This document shows, piece by piece, positions 21,712 through 30,721 of a stretch of 64,000 nucleotides of DNA; position 1 is the first letter of the stretch, and each line of letters opens with the position of its first letter. Source of the stretch: Candidatus Latescibacterota bacterium (GTDB taxonomy: Bacteria; Latescibacterota; UBA2968); assembly GCA_965204745.1 (NCBI GenBank), contig OZ242010.1, positions 992,001 to 1,056,000 of the forward strand, in the 5' to 3' direction. The notes below the pieces were generated by a model that had not been told where the DNA came from, made no database searches, and saw nothing but the letters and a program-made list of their open reading frames with translations. Both the position numbers and the translations under genes were made by a program.

Positions 21712-21729
21712 GACATACTCCTTTCTCCT

Positions 21730-22059
21730 TTACAGCAACCCCGGCATATTCATGCCCGGGGGAATCAGGCCCGCTGTGGCTTTTTGCATTTCCGCTTCGG
21801 CCATGGCCGCTGATTTTTCACGCGCCTGCTGAATCGCGGCGAGGACGAGGTCTTCCAGCATGTCCACATCTTCGGGATCGACGACTTCGGGATCGATTTT
21901 CACGGACAAAATCTCCTGATGTCCATTTGCCCGCACCGTCACCATGCCCCCGCCCGAGGTGCCTTCGACCTCTTTTGACCCCAGGTCTTGTTGCACCTTG
22001 GCCAGTTTGGCTTGCAATTTTTGTGCCTGCTTCATCATGGCGTTCATGCTTTTTGCCAT
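21730..22059 (-). CDS. ybaB: YbaB/EbfC nucleoid-associated protein
   Basis: MMKQAQKLQ, SGGGMVTV, DPEDVDMLEDLVLAA; follows dnaX. Confidence 0.95.
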   Translation of the reverse strand: MAKSMNAMMKQAQKLQAKLAKVQQDLGSKEVEGTSGGGMVTVRANGHQEILSVKIDPEVVDPEDVDMLEDLVLAAIQQAREKSAAMAEAEMQKATAGLIPPGMNMPGLL

Positions 22060-22101
22060 TTTCTAACTCCTTGAAAGTGTGTTCTCAATGCTCGCGCGTT
22101 C

Positions 22102-23826
22102 TCATCCGATTACTTCTCCGCCGAATACCTGCATCACCATTTGCACGCGCTCGTCGGTTTCCGGGGCTTTCTCCTCTGCGACTTGCGCGTTGTCGTCGTC
22201 GTACACGACCTCGCACGAAATGGTGACTGTGCCGCCAAAAACCCCACCTGCTACTTCTTCGACCAGTGCGCGGTTGCGCCGCACTTGATTGGCGTGAAAC
22301 TCGCGGTTTTTTTGGAACGCCACCACCAAACGCCGTCCGTCCATGGATTGCGGCTGGCCTTCGTCCAAAAATGTGCCCACGGAAATTTTCTTGGTCTTCA
22401 CCGCTTGCACGAGTTGTTCCCATCGGCCTTCTACAATTGAAAGATCTGGCGGCTTGCCATTCGACGCGATTGGCGGTGTTTGTTCTTTGACCACGGAAGG
22501 TTCTGGCGCGCGACGGCCATTGCCCTGCGGTTGTGGTGCGGGGCGCGACGATGTGGACCGATGGGATGCTGGTCTGGCGTTGCTCGGCGCGTTTCGCCCA
22601 TGCGATGGTGCGTTTGGTGTGGGGCTAGACGCGGGTTGTTTCCGCACGGCGGCAGGGGCGCGAGGAGATGGTGCGCCTCGGCGTTTTAAGTCGCCCTCGA
22701 GTTGTTCCAAGCGGCTAATCAACGCTTGCAAGTCGACGCTCGCGGTCATCTGCGCCAGTTTCACGACCGTCAATTCGAGCCAGAACCGAGGCTCGGTCAC
22801 GCGACCTATCTGCGTTTCCAACTCGGTCACGGCATTGAGCATCCGCACGAGGTCCGGCTCTTCAAATTGCGCGGCGACCTCTGTGTATTGCTCGCGGTCC
22901 GCTTCTGGCAAGTTTTCATCCGTCAATTCGCCCACCGCGCGGGCGACCAAGAGGTGGCGAAAGTGCGCCATCAGCCCGGCCACAAATTCGCTGAGGTCAC
23001 TGCCCTCGCGCATCAGGCGATCAACGACGCCCAGTGCCCGGGGGCTATCTCGATCCACAATCGCTTGGGTCAGGTCGAAATACACGTCTCGGGGAATCAA
23101 CCCCAGCAAGTTTTGCACCGCGTCTTCGACGATGCCCGAATCTGAAAAGGCGATGACCTGATCGAGCAAGCTCAACGCGTCGCGCATGCCGCCATCGGCT
23201 TTTCGGGCGATCAAAAACAGCGCGGCTTCCTCGGCTTTGACGCCCTCTTCGGCCACGGCCAGTTTGAGTTCTTCCACAATTGCCGCGGGCGGAATGCGCC
23301 GAAAATTGTATCGCTGGCAACGCGACAAAATGGTTTCGGGCACTTTGTGGGCTTCGGTCGTGGCAAACACAAACACGACGTGCGCGGGGGGTTCTTCGAG
23401 GGTTTTGAGCAGGGCATTGAACGCCTCGGTGGTCAGCATGTGTACTTCGTCGATGATATAGACCCTGCGCTTGCCCTGCGAGGCCGCGTATCCCACCTCT
23501 TCGCGCAACTGCCTGATCTCGTCGATTCCGCGGTTTGAGGCCCCGTCGATCTCCAGCACATCCATGCTGTTGCCCTGGCGAATGGCGCCGCACGCCGCAC
23601 ACTGTCCACACGGTTCGGGGGTTGGCCCCTGCTCGCAGTTGAGGGCCATAGCGAGCAAGCGCGCCGTGGTGGTCTTGCCCGTGCCCCTTGGCCCGGAGAA
23701 CAAGTACGATTGCGCCACGCGCTCCAGCCGAATGGCGTTTTGCAACGTGGTGGTCACATGACCTTGTGCAACCACGGTTTCAAATGCCTGTGGTCGCCGC
23801 TTTCGCGCCATGACCGTGTAGGACAT
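22102..23826 (-). CDS. dnaX: DNA polymerase III subunit gamma/tau
   Basis: GPRGTGKTT, C4 zinc motif, IIDEVHML, SRC. Confidence 0.97.
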   Translation of the reverse strand: MSYTVMARKRRPQAFETVVAQGHVTTTLQNAIRLERVAQSYLFSGPRGTGKTTTARLLAMALNCEQGPTPEPCGQCAACGAIRQGNSMDVLEIDGASNRGIDEIRQLREEVGYAASQGKRRVYIIDEVHMLTTEAFNALLKTLEEPPAHVVFVFATTEAHKVPETILSRCQRYNFRRIPPAAIVEELKLAVAEEGVKAEEAALFLIARKADGGMRDALSLLDQVIAFSDSGIVEDAVQNLLGLIPRDVYFDLTQAIVDRDSPRALGVVDRLMREGSDLSEFVAGLMAHFRHLLVARAVGELTDENLPEADREQYTEVAAQFEEPDLVRMLNAVTELETQIGRVTEPRFWLELTVVKLAQMTASVDLQALISRLEQLEGDLKRRGAPSPRAPAAVRKQPASSPTPNAPSHGRNAPSNARPASHRSTSSRPAPQPQGNGRRAPEPSVVKEQTPPIASNGKPPDLSIVEGRWEQLVQAVKTKKISVGTFLDEGQPQSMDGRRLVVAFQKNREFHANQVRRNRALVEEVAGGVFGGTVTISCEVVYDDDNAQVAEEKAPETDERVQMVMQVFGGEVIG

Positions 23827-23860
23827 ACAGCACTCCAAAAGGACTATAAAAAAATAAAAA

Positions 23861-24135
23861 AGGCCGTGCACCGCGCTTCGAACCGCTATCCCAGGGCGTT
23901 CAACGAGCGCTTGCTCCTGCCAGGTGCCCCTGCGGCACACGCGCCGATCTGCTTACCGCTGCTACCTTCCGGTCCTGACGGGGTTCGGCATAGGCACGTT
24001 GCGCAGGACCTGACGATCGACACTGCTCACTCATCGACCGCGATCCAAAATACCAGTTCTCAGACGTGGAATTCGACCCCGCTATAGCGGATTGCGGGCT
24101 ACAGGGCACCGCTATCTCCCCGTCTAGCACGACCT
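23861..24135 (-). ncRNA. ffs: Signal recognition particle RNA, large bacterial type with Alu domain
   Basis: Minus strand begins GGTCGTGCTAGACGGGGAGATAGCGGTGCCC (Alu 5' part) and contains helix-8 CCGTCAGGACCGGAAGGTAGCAGCGG; ends pair with GCACGGCC; upstream of dnaX. Confidence 0.9.
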
Positions 24136-24207
24136 GAAAATCTAAAGTGGATTCAGAACTCGGCTGCGCCCAACGGAGCGGCACACCGAATTCTGATGAT
24201 CATCGTT

Positions 24208-24284
<77 letters not shown>

Positions 24285-24285
24285 C

Positions 24286-24657
24286 CTAAATGGCTTCGAC
24301 CGAGATATTATGCACGCCCGACACGGACTTGAGCACCGTGGCATCGTCTAAAACCCGGCCGATGATATTGACGGGACTGGCCGGGCGAATTTCATCGCCG
24401 CGACTGGCCGGGGTGTGTCCGTAAAAAATGCAGAACGCATGCCCCGGCGGCCAGTACCCGAGTTCGTTTAGCGACACGGTTTCGCGTGGATCTTCGGGGC
24501 CCATGTCGAGGGGAATGGCAAAATAAATCTCGTCGCCCCAAGTATTAAACGAGCACCTGAGTGGCAAAAGCGCGTAAATTTTGCGCGCTGTTTCCGAGTC
24601 GTTCAACTGCGCGGCGAGTTGAATATCGCCAACTGTGATGCGAATGGGATGTGGCAT
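24286..24657 (-). CDS. Cyclophilin-like fold protein (DUF369-like)
   Basis: NTWGDEIYF, LGYWPPGHAFCIFYG.TP, PASPVNIIG. Confidence 0.85.
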   Translation of the reverse strand: MPHPIRITVGDIQLAAQLNDSETARKIYALLPLRCSFNTWGDEIYFAIPLDMGPEDPRETVSLNELGYWPPGHAFCIFYGHTPASRGDEIRPASPVNIIGRVLDDATVLKSVSGVHNISVEAI

Positions 24658-24717
24658 AACGACCTCGTGCGCTAGCTGGCTGTGATCGGCGTTTCCATCG
24701 CGCCGATCTCGTGTTTT

Positions 24718-24807
<90 letters not shown>

Positions 24808-24859
24808 ACAATAGTTTTCGACTTTTCGCACGCCCTTTGTTGGGCATGTCGGTTTTGTT

Positions 24860-24948
<89 letters not shown>

Positions 24949-24956
24949 GCCGTATT

Positions 24957-25415
24957 TTATTTTTTTCGCAAAGTTTGAAAAAACGCCCGCAATATCCGGC
25001 TGCATTCCCCTTCCAAAACCCCTCGGCGCACGGCCAAGCGGTGATTCAAGCGTTTGTCTTCGACGATATTTCTCAAGGATCCGCAAGCCCCGGTTTTGGG
25101 ATCGCACGCGCCAAAGACCAATCGGGACAATCGGGCGAGCACCATCGCACCTGCACACATCGCACAGGGTTCGAGCGTGGCGTAAAGCGTGCAATCGGTC
25201 AGCCACCGAACCCCCAATTTTTTCGTGGCCCGTTGAAGAACGAGCATTTCGGCGTGCGCGGTGGGATCCTCTCGTTGAACGATGCGATTGTGGTCTCGTG
25301 CGATGACCTCGCCCTTGCACATCACAACCGCGCCAACGGGCACTTCGCGTTCACCTGCTGCTGCCCGGGCTTCTTCAAGGGCGAGTTTCATGCCTGTCAG
25401 ATCATCGTCCTGCAC
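24957..25415 (-). CDS. tadA: tRNA adenosine(34) deaminase
   Basis: EVPVGAV, DPTAHAE, TLEPCAMC, DPKTGACGS, LNH. Confidence 0.95.
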   Translation of the reverse strand: MQDDDLTGMKLALEEARAAAGEREVPVGAVVMCKGEVIARDHNRIVQREDPTAHAEMLVLQRATKKLGVRWLTDCTLYATLEPCAMCAGAMVLARLSRLVFGACDPKTGACGSLRNIVEDKRLNHRLAVRRGVLEGECSRILRAFFQTLRKK

Positions 25416-25461
25416 GCAGACTCCAAAAGTGTGGAAAACAATTCCCGATCACAAGGACAAA

Positions 25462-25490
25462 AATATACGGGTTTCGCCACATGGAGTCAA
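25462..25490 (-). promoter_or_regulatory. sigma70-type promoter of tadA/tRNA/SRP/dnaX unit
   Basis: Minus strand TTGACT-N17-TATATT. Confidence 0.55.
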
Positions 25491-25661
25491 CCATCAACAT
25501 GAGGGCATCGAGATATTCCACTTGGCGTGCTTTTCCCAAATGCGACACGCGCCACGAGCACACATCCACCGGAGGACAAAACATTGTCCTCATTTTTTTA
25601 TACACGGATCTTAGGGACAGGCCCCCGTGCCTATCCGAAGCAGGGGCGGGTTGAAAGACAT

Positions 25662-26387
25662 TCAGAATCGATCCCGAGTCTCATCTTCCACAGCACCAAT
25701 TTCTCGAACACGCACGGCGTATTGACCGCCTTCAAACGGGGTGCTCAGCCACGTCGCGACGATCTCCTTTGCTATGGTATTGCCCACCACGCCGACGCCG
25801 AGACACAAAATATTGGCATCGACATGGGCGCGGGCAAATTTGGCCGATGTCACATCGTGACACGATACAGCGCGAATCGCCTTTGTTTTGTTGGCGACGA
25901 TGGCAGCACCCGTGCCGCTTTCAGTTGCGACAATGCCCGTCATCAGATTATTCGCTGTCACCGCATCCGCCACCTCTTGGGCTATGCCGACATAAGAGGT
26001 TTCTCGCGGCGCGTGCGTCCCACAATCGATGATCTCCCGCCCGGCATCTCGCAACATTTGCACGATCTGTTTCTTCAGTTCAAATCCTTTGTGGTCTGCA
26101 CCAATCGCCACGACGCTCGATTTCTGGGGGTCTTGAATCGCCGCCTCATCATCAGACGCGACCAGACGCACTTTCTGTTGCCGTATCAAATCGCGTGCCA
26201 GTGGCGTCACAATCGCATTGGGCATCGCATAAACCGCATCGCCACCGCGGTTGATCGCGGATTTGACCAACTCTTCCGTCACCAAACTCGCCGGCGGGTC
26301 AAGCGGTTCAGGTACCGCGTTCCCCTCTAATGCCTTCAACCGTCGCACCACTTCGGCAACGATCCGCTGTATCGATTTTTCGTTCAT
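25662..26387 (-). CDS. RpiB/LacAB-family sugar-phosphate isomerase-like protein with N-terminal extension
   Basis: IGADHKG, ANK..AIRAV, AR.H.DANILCLG, WLSTPFEGG; ~90-aa N-terminal extension. Confidence 0.85.
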   Translation of the reverse strand: MNEKSIQRIVAEVVRRLKALEGNAVPEPLDPPASLVTEELVKSAINRGGDAVYAMPNAIVTPLARDLIRQQKVRLVASDDEAAIQDPQKSSVVAIGADHKGFELKKQIVQMLRDAGREIIDCGTHAPRETSYVGIAQEVADAVTANNLMTGIVATESGTGAAIVANKTKAIRAVSCHDVTSAKFARAHVDANILCLGVGVVGNTIAKEIVATWLSTPFEGGQYAVRVREIGAVEDETRDRF

Positions 26388-26410
26388 TGGTGGTTGTGTC
26401 TCCCGCGTCA

Positions 26411-26439
26411 ATAATAGACGCTCCGCGGGGGTTTGTCAA
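26411..26439 (-). promoter_or_regulatory. sigma70-type promoter of rpiB-like gene
   Basis: Minus strand TTGACA-N17-TATTAT. Confidence 0.65.
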
Positions 26440-26500
26440 GGGGAACGCCCGCGATTTTGCGATGCCGAGACCGCAAAAATTGACGGGTGAAAAATTGCGC

Positions 26501-26529
26501 TTGACACAGCTATTTACTTCCCGTAAATT
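26501..26529 (+). promoter_or_regulatory. sigma70-type promoter of tRNA-Asn
   Basis: TTGACA-N17-TAAATT. Confidence 0.55.
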
Positions 26530-26551
26530 TGATCGCCATTGGATATAATGT

Positions 26552-26627
26552 TCCGGCGTAGCTCAGTCGGCAGAGCGAGTGGCTGTTAACCACTAAGTCG
26601 TAGGTTCGAGTCCTACCGCCGGAGCCA
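26552..26627 (+). tRNA. tRNA-Asn(GTT)
   Basis: TCCGGCG acceptor, AGTGG-CTGTTAA-CCACT anticodon arm, GGTTCGAGTCC, CCA. Confidence 0.96.
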
Positions 26628-26633
26628 AAAATG

Positions 26634-26664
26634 AAAAGGCTACGAGATCATTCGTAGCCTTTTT
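26634..26664 (+). terminator. Intrinsic terminator after tRNA-Asn
   Basis: aaaaggctacga-gatcat-tcgtagccttttt. Confidence 0.8.
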
Positions 26665-26708
26665 CTCTTTTGCCCTGCAATTTATCCATGTTCACAGGAG
26701 GAACGCCG

Positions 26709-27461
26709 ATGTCAGCAACCGCAAAACCCGATTTTGACGCGATTATGACCGATCTGGATGACCAGGGCTACTGCCTGATTCCCTCGGTCATTTCAGAGCG
26801 CGAGGCCGATGAGGCGCGCGTCATTTTGGAACGGGTGCTCAAAGCAGAGGCCACCGAGCAAGCCGCCAAAACGCAACGGGTGGGGCGCATCGCGGTCAAG
26901 CATCCGATCTTTCTCGAACTGATGGCGCATCCGACTATCGTGACCCTGTGGCGCGAATACCTCGGCGAGGACATGGTCTGTTCCACTTGGTCGGGCAATA
27001 GCATTTATCCGGGTGGGGACGCGATCAACTGGCATTCGGATTATCCGTATTGGTCCATCCGACCGCCCTATCCCCCCGGGCGTTTGGCCGGGCAAACGAT
27101 CTGGTTTCTCAACGATCTGACCGAGGAAAATGGCGCGACCACCATGTTGCCCCAAAGCCATCTGAAGGGCGAACCCCCGCCGCCCGAACTCAAGACGCAG
27201 TGGATTGAGGCTGGAAAAATTCTCACGGGCAAACGCGGCAGTGTCGCGGTCATGCACGGCGCGTGCTGGCACACGGCCCGCCCCAACAAGACCGATCAAA
27301 TCCGCTCTGTTCTGCTGGGGATGTACATGCGCCCGTGGTTTATTCCGCAAGAAGATATGCGCGGGCAACTGGCCGAATTGGAAAATCCGTCCGCATTGGT
27401 GCGCCAACTCATGTGCGCCAACCAACGCGAACCGCGCAGTGTCGGGGAAAATTCGGGTTGA
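26709..27461 (+). CDS. Phytanoyl-CoA dioxygenase (PhyH) family Fe/2OG oxygenase
   Basis: DQGYCLIP, WHSD, ENGAT.LPQSH, CWHTARPN...R. Confidence 0.9.
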   Translation: MSATAKPDFDAIMTDLDDQGYCLIPSVISEREADEARVILERVLKAEATEQAAKTQRVGRIAVKHPIFLELMAHPTIVTLWREYLGEDMVCSTWSGNSIYPGGDAINWHSDYPYWSIRPPYPPGRLAGQTIWFLNDLTEENGATTMLPQSHLKGEPPPPELKTQWIEAGKILTGKRGSVAVMHGACWHTARPNKTDQIRSVLLGMYMRPWFIPQEDMRGQLAELENPSALVRQLMCANQREPRSVGENSG

Positions 27462-27497
27462 GCCTGACCCGCTACCACTCCGGCGTAAAAAAACAAC

Positions 27498-27537
27498 AAG
27501 CCCGAATTCATTGCGAACTCGGGCTTATTTTTTTTTG
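27498..27537. terminator. Bidirectional terminator
   Basis: aagcccgaattc-attgc-gaactcgggctt followed by T-tract, between convergent genes. Confidence 0.7.
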
Positions 27538-27576
27538 AGCGGCCGGGAATCCGCGTAACTCCGCGGTTCAGACAAA

Positions 27577-29409
27577 TTACCGCACGGGTTGCAGGCTACT
27601 TTGCGGATGGGCTTCGAGGATGGCTTCGATCTCGCGTTGAAAGCGGTCGAGGGGTTCGGCGATTTGGTGGCGAAATTCTTCGCGGATGAGTTCGCAGTAT
27701 TCCTGCGCGGCTTTCAACATCACCTCGGCATTGTGTTGCAAGGTGCGATAATCGTCTTGGAAATGGTCAAAACGCCCGTGCAAGGCGTGCATCAATTTGC
27801 TCGCGTAATCCCCGACGTGTCTTTCTCGATAGCCTTCGCTGAATCGCTTCAGGTGATCGAGTGCCTCATCGAGGAAGGTCTTGACCTCATCGACTTGCAG
27901 GGCTTCGCGCGTGGTGAGAATGAGGTGATTGCCCTGAATGGCGAGGCGCAGGCCATCGCCAAAATCCCGGGGGTGATGCGCGAGCATATAGACCAGAAAT
28001 TTCCAGAAGGACCAGCGATACGTGCCGAGGATGCCCTGTCGCCAGATCGAGCGGAAGCACGCTTTAATTTCTGTCCAACCAACGGGCATAGACGAGACGG
28101 GCCTGCGCGTGCGATGGGCGTAATGCGTGCGGCAACGTTCAAAAAATATCTCGGGGCTGTTCAGGGTTTCCACGACCTGGCGATGGCGCGCCAGCAATTC
28201 GTCGGGATCGATGATGGGCACATAGCTCAACTGCCGGCTGAAGATCCCCGAATCGCCGGTGTATTTCACGCCTTCTATCAGGCGGCCCAACCGCTGGTAG
28301 CGTTTGTAATCGGGTGTGTCGCGCAGCACGCCCAAAATGCCGACCATTGCCACGGGGATGCCCGCTTCTCGGATGAATGCGATCATGCGGTCCGCAATGT
28401 CGTCCGGGTCCGTATCCAAGCCCATGATGAACCCGGCCTGAACCTCCATGCCATAGGCTTGCAACACCTTCACCTTGTCCAACAAAGGGGTATCGCCCTG
28501 TAAGTTTTTTTGCGCGCCCATAAACTTCAGGCTTTCGCGCACCGGGGATTCGATTCCCGCGAAAATTTTGTCAAAGCCAGCGAGGTGCATCGCCTCTAAG
28601 AGCGCGGGGTCGTCGCTGACGCGGATGCTGGCTTGGGTGTTGAATTGGAAGGGATACCCGCGTTCTCGTTGCCACGGGATCACCTCTTCCTCCAGGGTTT
28701 GCCGAATCTCCTCGCAGTTGCCGACGAAATTGTCATCGACCGCCATGATCGCGCCGCGCCAGCCCCGGTCGTAGAGCGCGTCGAGTTCTCGAATCACGCG
28801 GCTACTGTTTTTTAAGCGCGTGATTTTGCCGTAGAGCGATGGGATGTTGCAAAACGTGCAGCTTTCCGGACAGCCGCGGGTGATTTGAATGACCATCACC
28901 GTGTAGTCGTCAAAGTCGATCAGATCCCAGCGCGGCAACGGGGTTTTGACGAGGCTTTGAAATTCGCCGCGCCGGTCGATGTATTCGCGCCCCACTTGTT
29001 GCGGTTCGGTCACTAGGCGATCTACCACGTCCATAAAGCCGTTTTCAGCTTCGCCTAAATAAAAGACCGCATCCCCTTCGATTTCCTCGCAATACTGCGT
29101 GGGCAATGGGCCGCCGTTGAGCACGGGCACGCCCACGGCATTGCACTGGGCGATGATTTCTTCAAGGGAGTGCCAGTGGATGATCATGGACGAGGTAATC
29201 GCGATGTCCGCCCAATGCAGGTCGTCATCTGTCAGGGGTTGCACATTGACATCCACGACCCGCAAGTCGTAGTGATCGGGCATCAGGCCGGCGATAGTCA
29301 ACAGCCCCAATGGCGGGAATGCGGACTTTTTCCCGACCAATTTCAGGGCTTCGTCAAAACTCCAAAACGTCACGGGATTTTTCGGATACACGAGAAGCGC
29401 GTTGGGCAT
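27577..29409 (-). CDS. Cobalamin-binding radical SAM protein (DUF4070-type C-terminus)
   Basis: PPLGLLTIA B12 domain, RGCPESCTFC CxxxCxxC, DDNF, GIES, GFIMGLDTD. Confidence 0.9.
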   Translation of the reverse strand: MPNALLVYPKNPVTFWSFDEALKLVGKKSAFPPLGLLTIAGLMPDHYDLRVVDVNVQPLTDDDLHWADIAITSSMIIHWHSLEEIIAQCNAVGVPVLNGGPLPTQYCEEIEGDAVFYLGEAENGFMDVVDRLVTEPQQVGREYIDRRGEFQSLVKTPLPRWDLIDFDDYTVMVIQITRGCPESCTFCNIPSLYGKITRLKNSSRVIRELDALYDRGWRGAIMAVDDNFVGNCEEIRQTLEEEVIPWQRERGYPFQFNTQASIRVSDDPALLEAMHLAGFDKIFAGIESPVRESLKFMGAQKNLQGDTPLLDKVKVLQAYGMEVQAGFIMGLDTDPDDIADRMIAFIREAGIPVAMVGILGVLRDTPDYKRYQRLGRLIEGVKYTGDSGIFSRQLSYVPIIDPDELLARHRQVVETLNSPEIFFERCRTHYAHRTRRPVSSMPVGWTEIKACFRSIWRQGILGTYRWSFWKFLVYMLAHHPRDFGDGLRLAIQGNHLILTTREALQVDEVKTFLDEALDHLKRFSEGYRERHVGDYASKLMHALHGRFDHFQDDYRTLQHNAEVMLKAAQEYCELIREEFRHQIAEPLDRFQREIEAILEAHPQSSLQPVR

Positions 29410-29581
29410 GGGGTCATCCTTTCGCAAAAGGCGCGGACAAATAAGGGCGTAGCAAACGATACGTCTTCCCCAATATACGATATTTTTTGGTTGCTACACC
29501 AAAAAAAATCCCTAACTTAACGGCGCGGAGAAAAGGCGGATCGCGGATGAAACGGATTACGCGGATTACGCGGATAAAAGG

Positions 29582-29915
29582 CGAGAAAATCAAGCCCTGA
29601 CGTTCCGCAGTTCAAAGAAGGCATCACAACAAGTGCCCTCGCAAAACACTTTCCGATCAAGCTATCACGCACAGCGCGCAAGTCCATTGGCAACCCACAT
29701 CCATCTTGCAACCCACTTTGCAGGCTGTCTCATGTCGTGCGATTACAAAAACGATTTGCGCTGTGCAAGCCCCTCGGCGTTTGAGAGCGGCATTTTTTGC
29801 CTACTTTTTTTTGCTGTTGAAAAAAAGTAGGTCGCCGAAGGCATCGGAGGCAACCAACAATGCTGTAGGACCAAACGCCTTAAATCAGCAAGCAACACAT
29901 TTGCTAATCTGTGCG
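29582..29915. repeat. ~334-bp dispersed non-coding repeat, copy 2 (inverted vs 6247-6580)
   Basis: cgagaaaatcaagcc...acatttgctaatctgtgcg is the reverse complement of copy 1. Confidence 0.85.
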
Positions 29916-29967
29916 GGCGGAGCGAGTAACGAGGGCCAGGTGGGCAGGTCCCGAAAGCGAGGGTGTC

Positions 29968-30717
29968 ATGATCGCGGAAGAAGATATTTGGTATTTCAAG
30001 ACCACGGGGTTTTACAGGGTGCGCGAGACATTGCCCGATGATCTGATCGACCGGTTGAATGCCGTGACCGAGAGGCAGATTGCGGACATGTGCGAACCCA
30101 TTGTTTGGGAGGACAAAGGGCCGCAGTGCCCGGCGACTGTGCGGCGGTTGTCGAAAATTTTTTCCCGCGATGCGGTCTATCTCCAAGCCGCGACGCATCC
30201 GATCATCCTCGACGCGCTCGAGGGCATTCTCGGGCCGAACATCGAGGTGTTGACCAACAAACACAATCACGTCATGGTGCGCCCGGCCGGATCGTATCCG
30301 GTGCCGTGGCACGCGGGGGAAGAACCCTACGACCACACGCTGATCACCGGGTTGATTTACCTCGAGGAATCCACAGTCGAAAACGGTTGCGTCCGCATCG
30401 TGCCCGGTAGCCACAATCGCCCGTTTTTGAACCCGCGCCGACCGCAGGCGCAACGGGATGATTTTTACGACAGCGACCACTATTACCGCGCCTTGCCCGT
30501 CCCGATGCCGCGAGGCGGTGTTTTGTTATTTAACGATTGTTGCTATCACGGATCGGATACGAACCGATCCGCGCATTCCCGGCGCAGCATGACCGTGGCC
30601 TATCGCGCCCACGACGCCCACGATGTCGTCAAAGACGATCCGGAGAAACTTCTCGTTCGCGGTGAAAAGGTCTATACCGGTCACCCGCATCCCTATCCCA
30701 TCCCGGTTCAGAAATAG
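29968..30717 (+). CDS. PhyH-family Fe/2OG enzyme with HxG motif (candidate halogenase)
   Basis: ENGCVRIVPGSH, YHGSDTNRS..RR; first iron motif is WHAG rather than WHxD. Confidence 0.85.
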   Translation: MIAEEDIWYFKTTGFYRVRETLPDDLIDRLNAVTERQIADMCEPIVWEDKGPQCPATVRRLSKIFSRDAVYLQAATHPIILDALEGILGPNIEVLTNKHNHVMVRPAGSYPVPWHAGEEPYDHTLITGLIYLEESTVENGCVRIVPGSHNRPFLNPRRPQAQRDDFYDSDHYYRALPVPMPRGGVLLFNDCCYHGSDTNRSAHSRRSMTVAYRAHDAHDVVKDDPEKLLVRGEKVYTGHPHPYPIPVQK

Positions 30718-30721
30718 TCCC

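Larger units (their letters stand above)
20262..21728. repeat. Three-copy tandem gene duplication (units of ~446, 479 and ~542 bp) with internal 33-bp VNTR
   Basis: Units start gataaatgccaattcaacaaatcacgc at 20262, 20708, 21187; near-identical outside the VNTR. Confidence 0.95.

Noticed and set aside
20262-21728. CRISPR array or DGR-like template/variable repeats
   Set aside because: Repeats are whole coding genes with in-frame 33-bp units; there are no unique spacers, no cas or reverse transcriptase gene, and differences are not adenine-specific.
23827-23940. N-terminal extension of DnaX
   Set aside because: Overlaps the SRP RNA; the conserved start is MSYTVMARK at 23826.
26552-29500. Genomic island integrated at tRNA-Asn
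   Set aside because: No integrase and no duplicated tRNA 3' end seen; downstream genes have host-like composition.
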